The translations under genes and the position numbers were made by a program. A DNA stretch of 64,000 bases from Bacteroidales bacterium (GTDB lineage Bacteria; Bacteroidota; Bacteroidia; Bacteroidales; FEN-979). The stretch lies in the NCBI GenBank assembly GCA_023231065.1, contig JALNWE010000007.1, positions 5,842-69,841 on the forward strand. Direction: 5' to 3'. Every line of letters starts with the position of its first letter. The stretch's first letter is position 1. Under the pieces are notes generated by a model. That model made no database searches. It was not told where the DNA came from and was given only the letters and a program-made list of their open reading frames with translations. Positions 61,640 to 64,000 of this stretch are shown here, piece after piece.

Positions 61640-64000
61640 ATGAAACCAAACCTACGTTTAATTAAGATCTTTCTGATCTTAACTGCTTTTTTGGTGGGCA
61701 ACTTTACCTTTGCCCAGCAAAAGGTGTTAACAGAAAAGGACAAATTGGCTAAGGAAGCTCAGGTGAAACAAGCGGATCTTTCGCAGGACCGGATTGATGG
61801 CGCTGTCGCAAAGTTCTTCAGGACTACACCTTTCCCGGGCAAAATCGACTTTTCTACAAAAGGTGACAGGGGCCAGTTGTATGAAAATGGTCCATTTGTT
61901 ACTGATCCCGGTGCAGGTGTTGGAGGCGCTGATGTCAGCCTAGTAGCATCCACCGAAAACACTTTAGGTTCAAACATGAACTTTACCCTTGGATACCGGA
62001 TTGCGGATGACTTTACCGTCACAGAAGACTGGACGGTTGATTCCATTCTCTTTTACGGGTATCAAACTAACTCAACACTTACATCTACTTTTACCGGGCT
62101 CTACATTCAAATTTGGAATGGCGATCCCAGTTCCCCGACCAGCTCAGTTATCTGGGGCGATTTAACTACCAACAGATTGACTGCTACTCATTGGACGAAT
62201 TGTTACCGTGCCTCGGACTTTACTACCACAGCCCGTCCGATCATGTGTGTTCAGGCCAATGTAGCCGGACTTACCCTTCCTGCCGGTTCATACTGGATTG
62301 ACTTTTCAACAACAGGTTCACTCTCATCAGGCCCATGGGCAAACCCCATCACGATCACGGGCCAGATTGAAACGGGTAATGCTATACAGTACACCGGCAG
62401 CGAATGGCAGGCTATCGTTGATGGCCTCAGCGGGGCTGCAAAAGGTATGCCTTTCACTTTCTATGGCGCTTCCGGTGGCGGCGCTATCTATGCTACCGAC
62501 TTTGAATCATTCATAGCGGGTCAGCAAATTGCTTGTCAGGATCCGGAGCACTGGACAACCTGGAGCGAAGATCCCTGCAATGCAACAGAAGATGGTTATA
62601 TCAGTACTGAATTTGCACATAGTGGTGTAAACTCGGCAAAAATTGTACTCAACAATGATCAGGTACTCCCGATGGGCAATAAAACTGCCGGGAAATACGA
62701 GTATAACCTTTATATGTATGTACCGACCGGCTACTGCGGATATTACAATATCCTTCAGGATTTTGCCGGCGCATCCAGCGTATGGGCCATGCAAGTATAT
62801 TTCCATACCGATGGTACCGCAAGTCTTGACGCCACTGCAGCAGGCGCTGCGACATTTAACTTTAACCATGATCAATGGATACCAATCAGTAATATCATTG
62901 ACCTGGATAATGACTTAGCGCAGTTATATGTTGATGGCGTTTTAATTTACGAATGGCAGTATAGCCTGGGCGCTTTTGGACAAAGTTCACTGCTCCAGCT
63001 ATCAGCTTCTGACATCTTTGGCGGAAATGATGCTACCAATGATCCCAGTGGTATTCCATTATTTTATTTGGATGATGTGGAATATAAAGATATCACCGGA
63101 CCTATCGTATTGAATCCCCCGACGAACCTTCAGGCCACAGTTACTGACATGAATGTTCACCTGACCTGGGATGCTCCCGCTCAGAAAGCCGTGTTAATGG
63201 GTTATAACGTTTATCGCAATGCCGACTTACTCACATCATCTCCGATAACTGACCTTCTGTACGACGATAACAATGTTCCCTCGGGTACCTATAGTTACAG
63301 GGTGACCGCCGTTTATGACGAAGGCGAATCCAACCCTGCAGGCCCCGTTCAGGTTACTCTGGGATATTGCACTGCAAGCTCTCCCTGTGATGAATATATC
63401 GGCAACGTAGCCATCGGAGAAATTAATAATACTACCGATTGTACCGATGGCGGCTATGCGGATTATTCTGCCCTTTCAACAACCGTCACACCGGGAACAC
63501 CGGTGCCCATTACTGTTACAAACGGTAACCCATATACTTCCGACCAATGTGGTATCTGGGTTGACTGGAACGGAAATTATGATTTCCTCGATGATCCTGC
63601 TGTTACTGTTACCGGTACCCCCGGCGGCGGCCCGTACACAGCTTCTATCGAAGCTCCTGCCGGTACCCCCGACGGTTCATACAGGATGAGGATCCGTATT
63701 ATGTACACTGGTACGCTGACTCCTTGCGGAGCAGTATCCTATGGTGAAACCGAAGACTACACGATCAATGTAGGCGGCGGTAGCCCGGCTATCTATGCTA
63801 CCGACTTTGAAGCTTTCACAGCCGGTGGTCAGGTTGCCTGCCAGGATCCGGTGAACTGGACTACCTGGAGCAATGCCCCCTGCGGGACAGAAGATGCTTA
63901 CGTTAGCACTGATTTCGCGCACAGCGGCGTAAATGCAGTAAAAGACGAATTGGCCAATGACCTCGTCCTTCAGATGGGCAACAAAACAACCGGAAAATAT
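61640..64000 (+). CDS. Large secreted multidomain surface protein, 3-prime partial (LamG-like + Fn3 + GEVED-like modules, repeated)
   Basis: Not in the supplied ORF track. I translated frame 2 by hand from ATG 61640 to the window end and found 787 codons with no stop. Signal peptide MKPNLRLIKIFLILTAFLVGNFTFAQQ. LamG-like module AIYATDFESF...LFYLDDVEY. Fn3 (LQATVTDMNVHLTWDAP...YSYRVTAVYDEGES). GEVED-like module (GYCTAS...WVDWNGNYDF...YRMRIRI...PCG.VSYGETEDYTINV). The LamG-like module then restarts. Confidence 0.85.
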   Translation, partial: MKPNLRLIKIFLILTAFLVGNFTFAQQKVLTEKDKLAKEAQVKQADLSQDRIDGAVAKFFRTTPFPGKIDFSTKGDRGQLYENGPFVTDPGAGVGGADVSLVASTENTLGSNMNFTLGYRIADDFTVTEDWTVDSILFYGYQTNSTLTSTFTGLYIQIWNGDPSSPTSSVIWGDLTTNRLTATHWTNCYRASDFTTTARPIMCVQANVAGLTLPAGSYWIDFSTTGSLSSGPWANPITITGQIETGNAIQYTGSEWQAIVDGLSGAAKGMPFTFYGASGGGAIYATDFESFIAGQQIACQDPEHWTTWSEDPCNATEDGYISTEFAHSGVNSAKIVLNNDQVLPMGNKTAGKYEYNLYMYVPTGYCGYYNILQDFAGASSVWAMQVYFHTDGTASLDATAAGAATFNFNHDQWIPISNIIDLDNDLAQLYVDGVLIYEWQYSLGAFGQSSLLQLSASDIFGGNDATNDPSGIPLFYLDDVEYKDITGPIVLNPPTNLQATVTDMNVHLTWDAPAQKAVLMGYNVYRNADLLTSSPITDLLYDDNNVPSGTYSYRVTAVYDEGESNPAGPVQVTLGYCTASSPCDEYIGNVAIGEINNTTDCTDGGYADYSALSTTVTPGTPVPITVTNGNPYTSDQCGIWVDWNGNYDFLDDPAVTVTGTPGGGPYTASIEAPAGTPDGSYRMRIRIMYTGTLTPCGAVSYGETEDYTINVGGGSPAIYATDFEAFTAGGQVACQDPVNWTTWSNAPCGTEDAYVSTDFAHSGVNAVKDELANDLVLQMGNKTTGKY

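Noticed and set aside
1-64000. tRNA, rRNA, transposase, integrase, toxin-antitoxin or known defence-system genes
   Set aside because: I scanned gaps and ORF products for T-loop-like GGTTCRAATCC, rRNA-like segments, and DDE, tyrosine-recombinase or nuclease-ATPase defence signatures, and found none. The only mobile-element-flavoured gene is the ORF6N protein at the left edge.

Overview
All calls rest on reading the sequence and on recalled family motifs. No searches were run, so product names are motif-level inferences.

The window looks like a chromosomal segment of a Bacteroidota-type genome. Three things support this:
- Six proteins end in T9SS-type C-terminal sorting domains or are built like such cargo.
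- Sixteen gene starts are preceded by the Bacteroidetes -7 promoter box TAnnTTTG.
- There are no obvious Shine-Dalgarno sites.

About 48 CDS are supported, and most are housekeeping:
- 1-14 kb: an ORF6N-domain gene, then a block of secreted T9SS cargo. This comprises a 1353-aa Fn3-rich protein, two tandem endonuclease-I fusion paralogs and an LVIVD beta-propeller.
- 14-25.6 kb: pdxB, a large B12-binding radical SAM protein, prolyl oligopeptidase, a thioesterase, a TonB-dependent receptor, thiL, an ion channel and a nitroreductase.
- 25.7-33.5 kb: a complete sufBCDSE-DUF59 operon followed by dxs.
- 33.8-61.1 kb: transporters, dCMP deaminase, an M6 metalloprotease (T9SS cargo), LOG, two M20D amidohydrolases, manA, a lolE-like permease, rbfA, an msbA-like ABC exporter, rsmA, a flippase, mtnA, serS and rplU-rpmA.

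I saw no tRNA or rRNA genes, CRISPR arrays, transposases or recognisable defence systems.

Two results stand out.
1. A dispersed family of 7-bp tandem repeats, (NGTCAAT)n, plus purine-rich and AT-rich heptad relatives.
   - The arrays fill whole intergenic spacers, including spacers inside the suf and rplU-rpmA operons.
   - They also occur in frame inside three coding regions, including rsmA.
   - They resemble the cyanobacterial STRR heptamer repeats, but sit in a non-cyanobacterial gene context.
2. A 787-codon open-ended ORF (61640..64000) that is missing from the supplied ORF track because it runs off the window edge.
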